Virus record (IMG/VR): IMGVR_UViG_3300049436_000052
Location: 32,001-96,000 of that record
Reading direction: 5' to 3' (one strand)
Length of the DNA: 64,000 nt
From: a virus
Shown: positions 10,874 through 21,650 of the stretch, piece after piece
How positions within the stretch are numbered: position 1 is the first letter of the stretch
Layout of the letters: each line of letters starts with the position of its first letter
Program-made: the position numbers and the translations under genes
The notes under the pieces: generated by a model
Database searches by the model: none
The model's input: the letters and a program-made list of their open reading frames with translations, nothing else
Told to the model about the DNA's origin: nothing

Positions 10874-12207
10874 TCAATCTTCTACCTTAACCATATCATT
10901 TCTGAAATATGCACACACCCTATCTTCTTTTCCATATGGTTTGAAATAAAGTTGACCATCCTCTTTTTTATAAATCTTGTGTTCGCCATCCATTTGAACA
11001 TCTACTATATCACCTTCTTTTAGTTCTACATCAAATTTGTCGAAACATTTAATATATGTGTTTTTTGTTTTTAAGTTATTATTGTAATATTCAATAAATT
11101 CTACTATTGCCAACCAAATTGCAAGTATTTTTGATTCATTGCTCTTATTGGTATCCCAAATACTTCTACCTAATTCATTAAAATGTACTATCATACAATG
11201 AGATTCATTGTTCATTCCAGTAAAAATACCAACATTACAATGTAAATTTTCAATATCTTTAATTATCGGCATAATATCATTCCATGAACAATGATATTGT
11301 AGATTAACTTTTTCGTATTTTGCTTTGATAAACTTATGAATAAGTTTATTTCCTTTGTTAATTTTTTGAGTTGTCATAATTATTAATATGGATAATTTCT
11401 TTCAACAATTCTATGAAATGGTTTTTCTATGGTTTTCAATAAAAAAAGATCTTCTGGTTCAAAATTAAAACCTTTTTGAATATAACCATCTTCAAAGACT
11501 CTTGGTTCATCGAATTCGACACATATTCCAAGATATTTATAACTATTTTTTATAACTTTTCCAGTTTCTTCATAAAAAAAATGAAAATCTTGACTTGGTG
11601 TAATGACTTTAACACGATCACCAATTTGGAAATCTTCGAATTTGTTATTAATTGTATTATATTCAATCATTTTCTCTTGACGAATATCTCTAATACTTTT
11701 ACTCATAATTTAAAATTTTATATATGTTATAAATAATATTGGTGGAACTGAAGTGCATCAGTATATTGTGAATCCAGTTTAATCCACCATTAAAAACTTT
11801 TAATATTTATCCATTATTTTCTTTCCAACGTCTATAACCTTCATTATAACAATATTGATAAAATTCATCACTCTGAATTACAGCCCAAGTATTATCATCA
11901 AGTTTAACTTTTCCAAAATTTTTATTCAAATACCATTTAATGAAAGTTTTAGACGATGAAAACCAACGCATATAAATATATTGAGTTAATGTTTGTATTT
12001 TTTTTAACACGATATACAATATTATAAACCATCAATAAAACAAATGTTTATCCATTCTAAATAAATGCTATGAAACTGTTTTATTCTAACAAAACACAAC
12101 CATCTAGTTTCATATCGACAAGTACCATTAATTTTACATCTTAGGGGAAAGAATAAAAATTTTTCAACAATACGTTCTACTCCAACTTCATAATTATTCC
12201 ATTTCAT
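10874..12207 (-). CDS. Small hypothetical ORFs (10874 with SW..IMP motif and YopX-like C-terminus; 11383 SH3/KOW-like; 11807; 12022)
   Basis: Co-oriented ORFs; D..VELKEGDIV and FQIGDRVKV motifs. Confidence 0.55.
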
Positions 12208-12210
12208 CTT

Positions 12211-12864
12211 TTATACGTTATTAAGTTTTTTATAAACTACATATTCTCTTCGTTCACTTAATATATTCATATCAAGTTTGTTGACAATTTCGATAATATT
12301 ATTTTCTTTTATATATTGTTCACTAAACCTTTGTTCATTAGGTTTACAGCACAATGAAGTATATATATATTTCCAATTTGGAAACTTTTTATCGACTTCA
12401 TCTAATTTAACATGTGCATGAACGCAAGTAATACCATATTGTTTATCAGTATCTAAAAATTCGTTGATTAAATTCATATCAACATCTTCGTATTTTTCTT
12501 TAAAAACGTTAAATCTTTCGATCTTCCATCTATTTACCCATTTATAAAGCAAATCTGTTCTTGTTGTTGGATCAATACTTACATTATTACATTTGGTAAA
12601 TAAAGTAAATAATGCACCTGTTCTGGCTCTACTTCCATCACCTATATGAATCCAATTTAAATTAGATATCTGGCATATTTTTTTAAGGTTTTGAAAAGCA
12701 GAATATGATTCAGACATTTCCTTTGCAGGACTATCAGAATCTCTAAATAACTCCCACAATTCTTCGAAACAACCTTTTTTTAACAACCAATTCACATAAT
12801 CGAATCTTGGCAATTGAATAACTGCTGTTTGAGAATTATATCTAATTAATTCTTGATTATTCAT
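12211..12864 (-). CDS. Putative methyltransferase-like protein
   Basis: HIGDGSRARTGALF...SIDP glycine-rich motif; HAH. Confidence 0.4.
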   Translation of the reverse strand: MNNQELIRYNSQTAVIQLPRFDYVNWLLKKGCFEELWELFRDSDSPAKEMSESYSAFQNLKKICQISNLNWIHIGDGSRARTGALFTLFTKCNNVSIDPTTRTDLLYKWVNRWKIERFNVFKEKYEDVDMNLINEFLDTDKQYGITCVHAHVKLDEVDKKFPNWKYIYTSLCCKPNEQRFSEQYIKENNIIEIVNKLDMNILSERREYVVYKKLNNV

Positions 12865-12874
12865 TATAAATGTT

Positions 12875-13873
12875 TTATTCGTTATTTTTTAACAAAAATT
12901 CAGGATTTATTGCTTTAAATGATAATCGTCCTAGGTCTGGATCTTGTTTTTCGTTAATTGGTCTAATAACAATACCTTCAGCCCAAACATTGTTACAAAT
13001 ATTACTTTTTATGATTGACATATTAACAATTTTATTTATATCATTTTCAAGAACATAATTAGTTGTAATGATTGGAACTGTTTCTAATTCTAAAGTATTT
13101 GTTATTAATTCAATAAAATCATTAAATGAATAATATTGATATAGATCGATATCAAATGCGTTAAAAAACTTTATAGTAGTTCCTTTTAAATTTAATTTAT
13201 TTCCTTGAACACCTTCTCCGATTAATTCACCTTGGATTGCAATATTTTTTCCAACTGAGAGTAATTTATTTTTAATATCTAATTCACGAACTATTTTCCA
13301 AAAAGAATTTGAATCGTCTTCTAACAATTCTAAATTTCTTGAACAAACACCAAAGATATTATCTTTTACATATAATGTACAACTACTTCCATCTACTTTT
13401 TCAGAGATATAACAAATTTCACCTTTGTGTCTTTCCAAAACTTCTTCTAATACTTGAACTCTGGTTTCATCAGTTTTGGGAATAAACGATGGAAAACGAC
13501 CTTTTGTTGTGCCTCTTAAACATGCTGGTATTGGTGGTTCATATTTTTCAATATTTAAAATATCAGTACAATCCATATCTTCAACAATTTCAAGATCTTT
13601 TGGAAGTATTGATAATGGAAAACAAATTCCTTGTGAAATTTGTCCACGTAAACGAACTGTTCTGATTCTCATACCTCTTGGCTTTAAAAACTCAAATTCT
13701 GGTTTATTTGGTAATAATGAATCAATCTCGCAATAAACAACAAAATCATTCACCTTAAAGTCTCCTTTTTTTACAACAACATTCCATCCTAAAACTAATG
13801 CTTTTTCAATTTGATCAGCATTTTCAATAGGTTCTAAAGATTTTATTCTTTGTATTGTAGCTAATTTACGCAT
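12875..13873 (-). CDS. RNA ligase, DRB0094-like family
   Basis: MRKLATI N-terminal OB domain, LRGQISQG, PKTDETR, EKVDG (motif I), QGELIG, EGIV, SFKAI. Confidence 0.9.
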   Translation of the reverse strand: MRKLATIQRIKSLEPIENADQIEKALVLGWNVVVKKGDFKVNDFVVYCEIDSLLPNKPEFEFLKPRGMRIRTVRLRGQISQGICFPLSILPKDLEIVEDMDCTDILNIEKYEPPIPACLRGTTKGRFPSFIPKTDETRVQVLEEVLERHKGEICYISEKVDGSSCTLYVKDNIFGVCSRNLELLEDDSNSFWKIVRELDIKNKLLSVGKNIAIQGELIGEGVQGNKLNLKGTTIKFFNAFDIDLYQYYSFNDFIELITNTLELETVPIITTNYVLENDINKIVNMSIIKSNICNNVWAEGIVIRPINEKQDPDLGRLSFKAINPEFLLKNNE

Positions 13874-14057
13874 AAAAATAGTTTTATATGTTATTTATTT
13901 AATATTTTGCCTAGAAGGATTCCCGATTCTTCACCTTCATTTATTGTCATAATTGTCCATATCATCAATTATCTTTGTGGAAGTAACGACCAATAAGTTT
14001 TATTTGTTCGAGTTTATTAATATTTATCATCGCTTTAAACTATAGGCAAAATATTTT

Positions 14058-16793
14058 TTAAGAATTTAAATTTATATAATCCCAAATACCACTTTCGTAT
14101 CCATAAACACAAGTAATCACTTCTTGATATAAATAATGATCAAAATCATCATCACGATTTCGTATATCATCTAAATATTCCTCACACATTTTGATTAATG
14201 AACTAAAATCTGGATTAGTTTTTGGCTTTGGTCTTATACCATGAATTTCTTCATATGTTTCTGGTGAATCTGGATAAATTGTTTTTAATAATCCAGATTC
14301 TTTTAACTTATTAAATTCGTTTTTGCTGAGTTCTCTAAGTAATTTTACTTTTTCCATATCATTTATTTTCTATTGTTTTTAAAAAATTTTGTGTTTTTTG
14401 TATTTTCTCAGATTCTTCAGAAAGATTTACATATTCAAGTAAATCTTTTATTATTTCGATTGCTTTAGGATAATTATTAATAGCATTTAAAATATAATCT
14501 GCTTTCTTTCTATCTTTTTCACTATCTTTCTTAGACCAAACATCTAATACTAGGTCATCTATAGAATGATCATAGTCAATTTTCATTCCACTACAATCAT
14601 AATCTCCAATTGTTCCTATATGGTATGATGAATCTAATTCACAAAATCCACTTCTATCTAATGGTAATTTAAAGGGTATTTTCATTTTAACAATTTTTTT
14701 ATATATTTAATTATTTCAATTGATGTACTAAATCTATTACAAATTATTCCTTCTGTGTTATTTTCTTTTGTTCCAGCAACTAAATTTTCATCCATTATCT
14801 TTAATATTTGAATATCCATTTCTTCATCAGAAGGTAATTTTATATTTAAATCAAATATTTTAGACAAATCATTAACAATTTTATGAAAATTCATTGGATC
14901 AATCACACCTTCATCATGTAAAGGCATTGTTTTTTCTTGGTATTTATTGAGAATTTCAAGAATTGTTTTCTTTTTAGATTTCATCTTCAAATGGTAATTT
15001 TTTATATTTGTTGTTTAATAAAATTTCAAAATCATCTTCTGAATATACACACCCACCTATATTTTTATATTCTTTATTTAGTATTAAAAATTCCATTTTA
15101 TCATTCATCATACCATTGAATTCTAAAACATAGTTATTAGGATCATTAATAGACATAAATTTATCACCCCTTTCAATACCTAATCTATTTTTTTCACCAA
15201 ATCCAAATAATTTAAATAATTCACTTATCGTATCCATAATTGTTTTAGATTTCATCTTCAAATGGTAATTTAATTGAAAAATAAGTTTTGCTGGTAACAA
15301 TCCAAAATAATATTGGTATTACTATTGAAAACATTGCCATTAGGAATATAATTCCACCAATGACATGTATGAATCTTTTTATAATTTTCATGATATTAAT
15401 CTATTTTAAATGAAATTTTATTAACTAATCCACAAATCCAATTATGTTATATTCTCCCAATCTTTTAAATGTTATAATTTGTTTACCATCATTTCCAGTT
15501 AACAAATTCATGTTATTATCACAAAGTCTAATCATTGCTGTTTTATTTTCACGACCTGTTTGAGTTTGATCTGATTCTAAAAGTAAACCTTTCTGGATAT
15601 TATCTTCTTTATTTTTAAATTCGACAAGTAAATCCTTAGTTTTATTTTTCATTGTTCTTTATGTTTTAACCATTCAATAAAATCATTAAATCCCGATGCT
15701 ATCTCAGCTTCATAGTGAAATGGTTCATCCACATATTTAAGATATTCTTTTTTATATGCGTTTATTAAATTTTCAATTAACAATAAATTACTAGTTAATA
15801 TATTTGTTGTTGAATTTATTGTATTTAATGCTTCTTTTAGAGTTTCTTCGAAATGTTCCTTTGTTGTTTGATTATTGATTAAATAATGCTCCTCTATAGT
15901 AAATAATGTACTACGTTCTATTGTTACCCCAAAATAAGAATATTTTACACGTATTTGATGATTTTCTTCAACTTTTATAAGTTCATCCATACAATTTTCA
16001 TCTTGAAAATAAAGATAGACAGGATATTCGAAATCTGTTTCTTCTTCGATAATTTGATGTTTTTTTATTTTTACTTTTGTCATGTTATTATAAGTTAGGT
16101 TTAATACTATCACCATAAAGATTTATAATCGTACCATCGTTTATCCCCACATTTTTCACACTTAATAACTTTTATTTGTGTATCACTAACATATTTATGA
16201 TTACATACACATCTAACATATATTAAGTGCAATGCTTTTATTTTTTTTATCAATTTCTTATACATAATTTTAATTATATATTTTTCTTTATCCAATTATT
16301 ATAAATCCCCATTCCCCAACTAAATGTATAAATGCAAGATAATGCAACAATTCCCCAATTTTTATCAATTATTTGAGTATAGAACCAAAATGGTTGACCA
16401 CACATTCCAACAATAAATCCCCATTTCCTAAATTTATCTTTTCTTCCAACTAAATAAATGGCAGACGCTCCAAAGACAAATAACATTATTTGAGCAAAAT
16501 CCATAAATATAAATTAATTAAAGAACATAAGTATTCATCGTTTCAATCCATTTATTAAAAACATTGATAATAAATGGTTTAAAATCTTCATAATCATTTA
16601 TTTCTTCGATAAACTTTCTATCATCATTTTCTGAGTTCCAAAGCATTTTATCACCAAAACCAAAAACATCACAATATCCATCTGTTGTGTAATAAAATCT
16701 GTCCTCAAGATCATCTCCTATTTTTTCGAAAAGTTCTTGATTTAAATCGCTTGCGATCTCAATAAATTTAAGTTGTTCTTCTTGTTTTGTCAT
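14058..16793 (-). CDS. Block of ~10 small hypothetical ORFs, including a membrane protein (16274-16504) and an unlisted 48-aa membrane peptide (15245-15391)
   Basis: Overlapping start/stop junctions; 15391-15245 reads MKIIKRFIHVIGGIIFLMAMFSIVIPILFWIVTSKTYFSIKLPFEDEI. Confidence 0.65.
14972..15271. repeat. 29-bp perfect direct repeat (14972-15000 and 15243-15271) bracketing one ORF
   Basis: TTTTAGATTTCATCTTCAAATGGTAATTT twice. Confidence 0.9.
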
Positions 16794-16840
16794 TTTTATA
16801 TTTTTATTATATTATACGAAATTTTTAAAAAAATGTTTTA

Positions 16841-17413
16841 TTAAATAACCATAATATGTTTTCCTTTAACAATATTTAACTTATCCCAAATAAACCAAGC
16901 ATATTCGGTAGAATCTGTTCCTAATGTCAAATCTAGTTCTTTTGCCTTTTCTTTTAAGTTAACATCAAGACCAAATAACGATATAAGATATTCTTTAACA
17001 AAATTTGGGCGTTTTGAGATGACAAATAATTTGTCAGGAGTATTTTCATTCCAAAAATCTTTTCGTTGTTGAGCACCCAACCAATTAATACGTTGAAGAT
17101 AACAAACGGTTTTTCCTTCATTTAAACTTTTTTTGATAAAATCTAATGCTATTGAAAATGGTGGATTGGTTATAATTAAATCAACATTGAAATTATATTT
17201 AAAATAATCTTTTCCTTCTCTTATTTCACACCAATCTTTATTAATATAATTTGGGATGTATTCCAAAATTCTCCCATCACCCTTACAAGGTTCTAAAAAA
17301 GAATTAACTTTAGAAAAATCAATTTGATTGATTAATCCTTCAATAACATAACGAGGTGTGGGATAATTATCAGAAATTATCCTTTTACTACCATTTCTAT
17401 TTGTAGATGACAT
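16841..17413 (-). CDS. DNA amino-methyltransferase (N6-A/N4-C)
   Basis: YPTP, LEPCKGDG (motif I), IITNPPF (motif IV), YAWFIW. Confidence 0.88.
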   Translation of the reverse strand: MSSTNRNGSKRIISDNYPTPRYVIEGLINQIDFSKVNSFLEPCKGDGRILEYIPNYINKDWCEIREGKDYFKYNFNVDLIITNPPFSIALDFIKKSLNEGKTVCYLQRINWLGAQQRKDFWNENTPDKLFVISKRPNFVKEYLISLFGLDVNLKEKAKELDLTLGTDSTEYAWFIWDKLNIVKGKHIMVI

Positions 17414-17426
17414 ATATTTTTATTTT

Positions 17427-19377
17427 TTAACGGTTACGATAATCATTAACAATATCAACAATTTCATCATAAACCCTTTCAAATTCATTATAGTCAATTC
17501 TTTCATTATCGTCATTACCTGAATAAAATTTGATAAATCTATTTGATGAATTTCCACCACATCCATAATCTACATCAACACCAATTCCCTTTTTAAAAAT
17601 ATAAACATGAATTGGCCAATCACCATAAGCATGACCAGCAGATTTAAAATAACAATAATTTTCATATGATTCGTTTTCTTCAGTTTCATAACAATACGAA
17701 TCATTCTTTTTATATTCAAAACCCTCTAATTGAATAAATTCTAAAATCTCTTTTGAGAAAACATTATTTTCAAAATTATTTAATGATTTCATATGTAAAT
17801 TTTTAAAAATTTAAGAATTGCTATTCACCATTAAAAATATTTATCAAATCAATAGTTGCTTTTTTTAGTTTATTTAAACTATCATTAAAATTATGGTCTA
17901 TGTCAAAAAATGTTTTTTTTCTTAAATAATCAACATTAGTCGCTTTGTATAGTATTTTATCTTTTTCTTTGACAATTAAAAATTCAATTAAATTAAAATA
18001 TTGATCTGATAAACAACCATCAACATCATAAATAATTTCATCCCAATTATTTTCACAATAACTTGGAAATGTCAATTTTATAATTTTTTCAACTTCTTTT
18101 TCTAAATCCATAATATTTTTTTTATAAATCATTATTAATTTCAATTTCTTTTACGTAACTTAATATTTTACTAACATTGTTATAAATTTCCAATTTTTCA
18201 TCCATTTCTTTGGAAATTTCATAAAGAATTTCTTTTAAATTATCAATAGTTAAGGAATCAATATTGAGTGTTTTTGCACATATTATATTCCAACCAGTAA
18301 GTGTGGTGTTTTTTATTTTCTGTAAGCCAGAAATAGTTATGTCATTACCACCAATATGATATTTAATTTCAAATTTTCTATCTTTCTTACCACTAATTTC
18401 AATATCCCATTTCATAATATATGTTTTTATAAATTTAACGTTATTGTGAAACATTTTTCACACTGTAAAATACCTCTTTGTTCATTGAAATTTTCATCAT
18501 AAACCTTATATGATTTTCCTTTAATTTCTTTTCCACAAAAATCACAATGTTTTACATTATCACTTTTCTTTTTACTTTTCTTTTTCATATAAAAATTTTT
18601 ATAAAACTTCTTTTTTATTTGTTTCTTCACCTAAATTGATTCCAAATTTTTTCAAAATTAGATCGTATTCCTCATCACGAGATTTGATATCTTCAAAGGG
18701 ATAAAACCAATTAACATATTCTTCATGTATGTTAAAAAATCTAATTATTGGATAATCATATCCAATATAAGTACGTATCATTTTTTCAAATTTAATACAT
18801 AATTCAATATTAATAGGAAGATTTGTAAATCCACTATTTTCACCTTCCTTTTCATAAAAAGGAACTTTTAAAAATTTTGATATTATAAATGTAGCCATAT
18901 AAATTTATTTTATTATATTATTTCTTTCCAATTATTTTCTTCAACGCTAGTTAATTCATACTTTTTATCCTCAGACTTAACAAATACTTTTAAACCAATT
19001 TGAAGTTCAAATAACTTGTTTTCATATTTAATTAATCGATTTTTAATCAAATTATCACGTTCTTCAATTGTTTCTACCTTAATATGATAATTATCATCCA
19101 ACATAAAAGATACCTCTCCCAATGTCTTCATTTGACTAATAATTATATTAGCTATGTTATCACCAATCTAATATAACAATCCTATTGAGTTTTTTATTAA
19201 ATTTGAACTTTCTTCATCAAAATTTATTGTTCTTTTTACGTAAACCTGCTCTGTAATATATCTTGTAAGTTCAACAGCTAAAAACCTATCTTCTGTAGCA
19301 TTACCACTATCGTTTAATAAAACAATATATGGTCGGCCATTTTCCTCAAATTTAATATCATATACTATTTTGTACAA
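17427..19377 (-). CDS. Block of ~7 small hypothetical ORFs
   Basis: Co-oriented packed ORFs downstream of a TAnnTTTG box near 19410. Confidence 0.6.
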
Positions 19378-19452
19378 TTTGATTAAATATAAATAAAATT
19401 ATTTTCCCACAAAGATATGTATTTATTTTTGTTTTTTTAAAAAACTTGACAA

Positions 19453-19460
19453 GTATTTAT
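19453..19460 (+). promoter_or_regulatory. Putative late promoter GTATTTAT (example copy; others at 20756, 25699, 31776, 36889, 37466, 52992, 56368 on + and 28445, 31603 on -)
   Basis: Recurs 14-45 nt upstream of start codons of morphogenesis genes on both strands. Confidence 0.75.
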
Positions 19461-19477
19461 GTTAAATTAAGTTAATT

Positions 19478-20596
19478 ATGGCATTAATCACAACAGCAGA
19501 TAAAAACAAATTATATACTCATGTTAAACATGAATTAGGATACCCACTCAGACCTTTTGAACTAAAAGACGAAATGATGGATTCCTATCTTGAAATGGTT
19601 ATCGAAGATTATTCGTCTCTTGTTAATAGTTGGTTAATTCAACAACAATGGACTGGTTTAGAAGGGCTTAGTATTGAGAATGGGGATTTTTTGGCAAGTT
19701 TCACAACCAAGTCTAATGACTATATGAAATCCTTTACACTTGCATATTCGAAGCAGATCGGGCTTGGCACTAATGCTCCAGCTAAAGTAGGATGGGAATT
19801 GAAAAGAGATTTTTTTACATTGTCTGCACATACTCAGCATTATCTCATAAAATCGGGAAGAGAAATAAATCAATTATTATGGGAGACACCAAATGAAATT
19901 GATATGGGGTTAATCGATCCATTTACACTTACTAGTTCATGGTCTGCTGGCGTAATGGGTTGGTCGTATTTGGGAAGACCAGCAAATTTAGTTCAACCAA
20001 CATATTCAATATTATTAAGTGCACAAGATCGAAGAATGAAACAAAGGGTTCTACAATCAACATTGTCATATAGGATTACTGGTTTGGAAACGGGTGAAAA
20101 ACTAGTGCACTTATATCCAATACCCAACTCAAGAATGGAAATAAAAAGTAATTGGAATGATTATGTAAATAGAAAAGTTTGGTACTGGTATTATGATACA
20201 AATAAAAAAAATAGAGATAAATGTTTAGATGAAAATCCAGATATAGTTATTTTATCAAGTGATGTGCCAACAAAAGTTCTGAAATGGGATAGATTAAATG
20301 ATGTTGCAAAACAACAAATAAGAAATTTATTAATTGCGAAGGTAAAGATGGCAATTGGAAATATACGCGGCTATTACGGTGGTGAAATTGGAACACAAGA
20401 AATGAAACTAATTTTAGATTATAAACATTTACTTGATGAAGGTATTAAATTAAAAGAAGATACCGAAAAAATAATATTAGATCAACTTGAAAAATTACGT
20501 TCTGTTAATTTATCTAAGGAAAGGGCTGATATTGGTGAGAATCTTAATACATTTTTATCAAGGCAACCCCTAAAATCGCCCTTTACTTTGTTTTAG
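19478..20596 (+). CDS. Neck/head-tail adaptor protein (T4 gp13-like)
   Basis: VKHELGYP...EL.DE N-terminus and IRNL.IAKVK..IGNIRG...LDYK.LL.EG C-terminus; late box upstream. Confidence 0.7.
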   Translation: MALITTADKNKLYTHVKHELGYPLRPFELKDEMMDSYLEMVIEDYSSLVNSWLIQQQWTGLEGLSIENGDFLASFTTKSNDYMKSFTLAYSKQIGLGTNAPAKVGWELKRDFFTLSAHTQHYLIKSGREINQLLWETPNEIDMGLIDPFTLTSSWSAGVMGWSYLGRPANLVQPTYSILLSAQDRRMKQRVLQSTLSYRITGLETGEKLVHLYPIPNSRMEIKSNWNDYVNRKVWYWYYDTNKKNRDKCLDENPDIVILSSDVPTKVLKWDRLNDVAKQQIRNLLIAKVKMAIGNIRGYYGGEIGTQEMKLILDYKHLLDEGIKLKEDTEKIILDQLEKLRSVNLSKERADIGENLNTFLSRQPLKSPFTLF

Positions 20597-20632
20597 TTAA
20601 TTATTTATTATATTATTAATTTTATCTACGGT

Positions 20633-20660
20633 GATGTTGATTTGATTTTCAACATCTTTT
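20633..20660 (+). terminator. Terminator after neck gene
   Basis: GATGTTGA-N8-TCAACATC followed by TTTT. Confidence 0.6.
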
Positions 20661-20778
20661 AGAAATTCTTTTTCTTTAATTCTAATTATTTTACAATCAT
20701 AATTTTCAATAATAAATTTTTAACATTATTTAACTAATTCATCTATTTTTTAACAGTATTTATATAAAAAATACGATA

Positions 20779-21084
20779 ATGAAATCAAAAGATACTAAAC
20801 AAAGGCTTTTTGAAATTATGCAGAAAGTTGACAATAGTTATAAGTTAACAAACGTTCTTAATGAAACAAAAGCATTTGGGCAATTACGAAAATCAAATAA
20901 AGAATTATATGATGAAACAATAAAATTAGAAGATAGGATTGGTGGGGATGTATTGAAATTAATTGATGATGCAATAAAAAAAGAAAATTTTAAATATAAG
21001 TCTGATGAAGAAAGAGAATTGGTTTATCTTATAATTTTAGATTTAGTACTTGATCGATATTTAGATAGAAAAACAAAAAAATAA
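20779..21084 (+). CDS. Late protein, possible internal head protein
   Basis: Late box upstream; RLFE and VLNE motifs near N-terminus. Confidence 0.45.
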   Translation: MKSKDTKQRLFEIMQKVDNSYKLTNVLNETKAFGQLRKSNKELYDETIKLEDRIGGDVLKLIDDAIKKENFKYKSDEERELVYLIILDLVLDRYLDRKTKK

Positions 21085-21095
21085 AAAATATTATA

Positions 21096-21650
21096 ATGAA
21101 AAAGAAAAAAGAGATTGTTGATTTAGAAACTGAAAGATATGGTTATTTCATGTCTCAAAATTCTATTGATCTTGATATAATGTATGGAAGGAATTTTTTG
21201 AAAACAGATAATGTGCAATATGTTATTTTGCATAAAATTGATCTGATATCAACTTCCACTCACCGTCTTTATGGCCAATCTAAGGCCAAAGATAAGAAAT
21301 TCTTTGCACCTGTTAAATTAAGTGGATTTATAAAAATTGAAGAATCTAAACAAAATTATTATGGAGATAATAAGGGTATTGTAAGGGATGATACTGGTAA
21401 TTTGGTTGTTAGTATCTATCTTGACGAATTGAAAGAAAAAAATGTTGAAATTGATAGGGGTGATATTCTTGAATATAATTTAAGTGGGGAAAAAGCAAGA
21501 TTTTATGAAGTTGAAAATGCAAATGCTGTTCCTGATACTTCAGATAAGACAATTGGTGGATTCTATAGATTTTATAAAACTATTGTTGCAGTTCCAGTAA
21601 AACAAGATGTTATAGATTTATTAATGGATGATACTAAAGGAGAGTTCTAA
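21096..21650 (+). CDS. Head completion/neck protein (gp14-like)
   Basis: LYGQS...F..PV.L...; GDILEY; FYEV beta-barrel pattern. Confidence 0.6.
   Translation: MKKKKEIVDLETERYGYFMSQNSIDLDIMYGRNFLKTDNVQYVILHKIDLISTSTHRLYGQSKAKDKKFFAPVKLSGFIKIEESKQNYYGDNKGIVRDDTGNLVVSIYLDELKEKNVEIDRGDILEYNLSGEKARFYEVENANAVPDTSDKTIGGFYRFYKTIVAVPVKQDVIDLLMDDTKGEF

Noticed and set aside
11740-11789. tRNA gene
   Set aside because: Only 50 nt, with no D arm, T arm or TTC loop; no tRNA recognised anywhere in the window
14974-15300. Listed start at 15300 (MLPAK...)
   Set aside because: Overlaps the unlisted 15245-15391 gene; the coupled ATG at 15255 (MKSK) is more plausible
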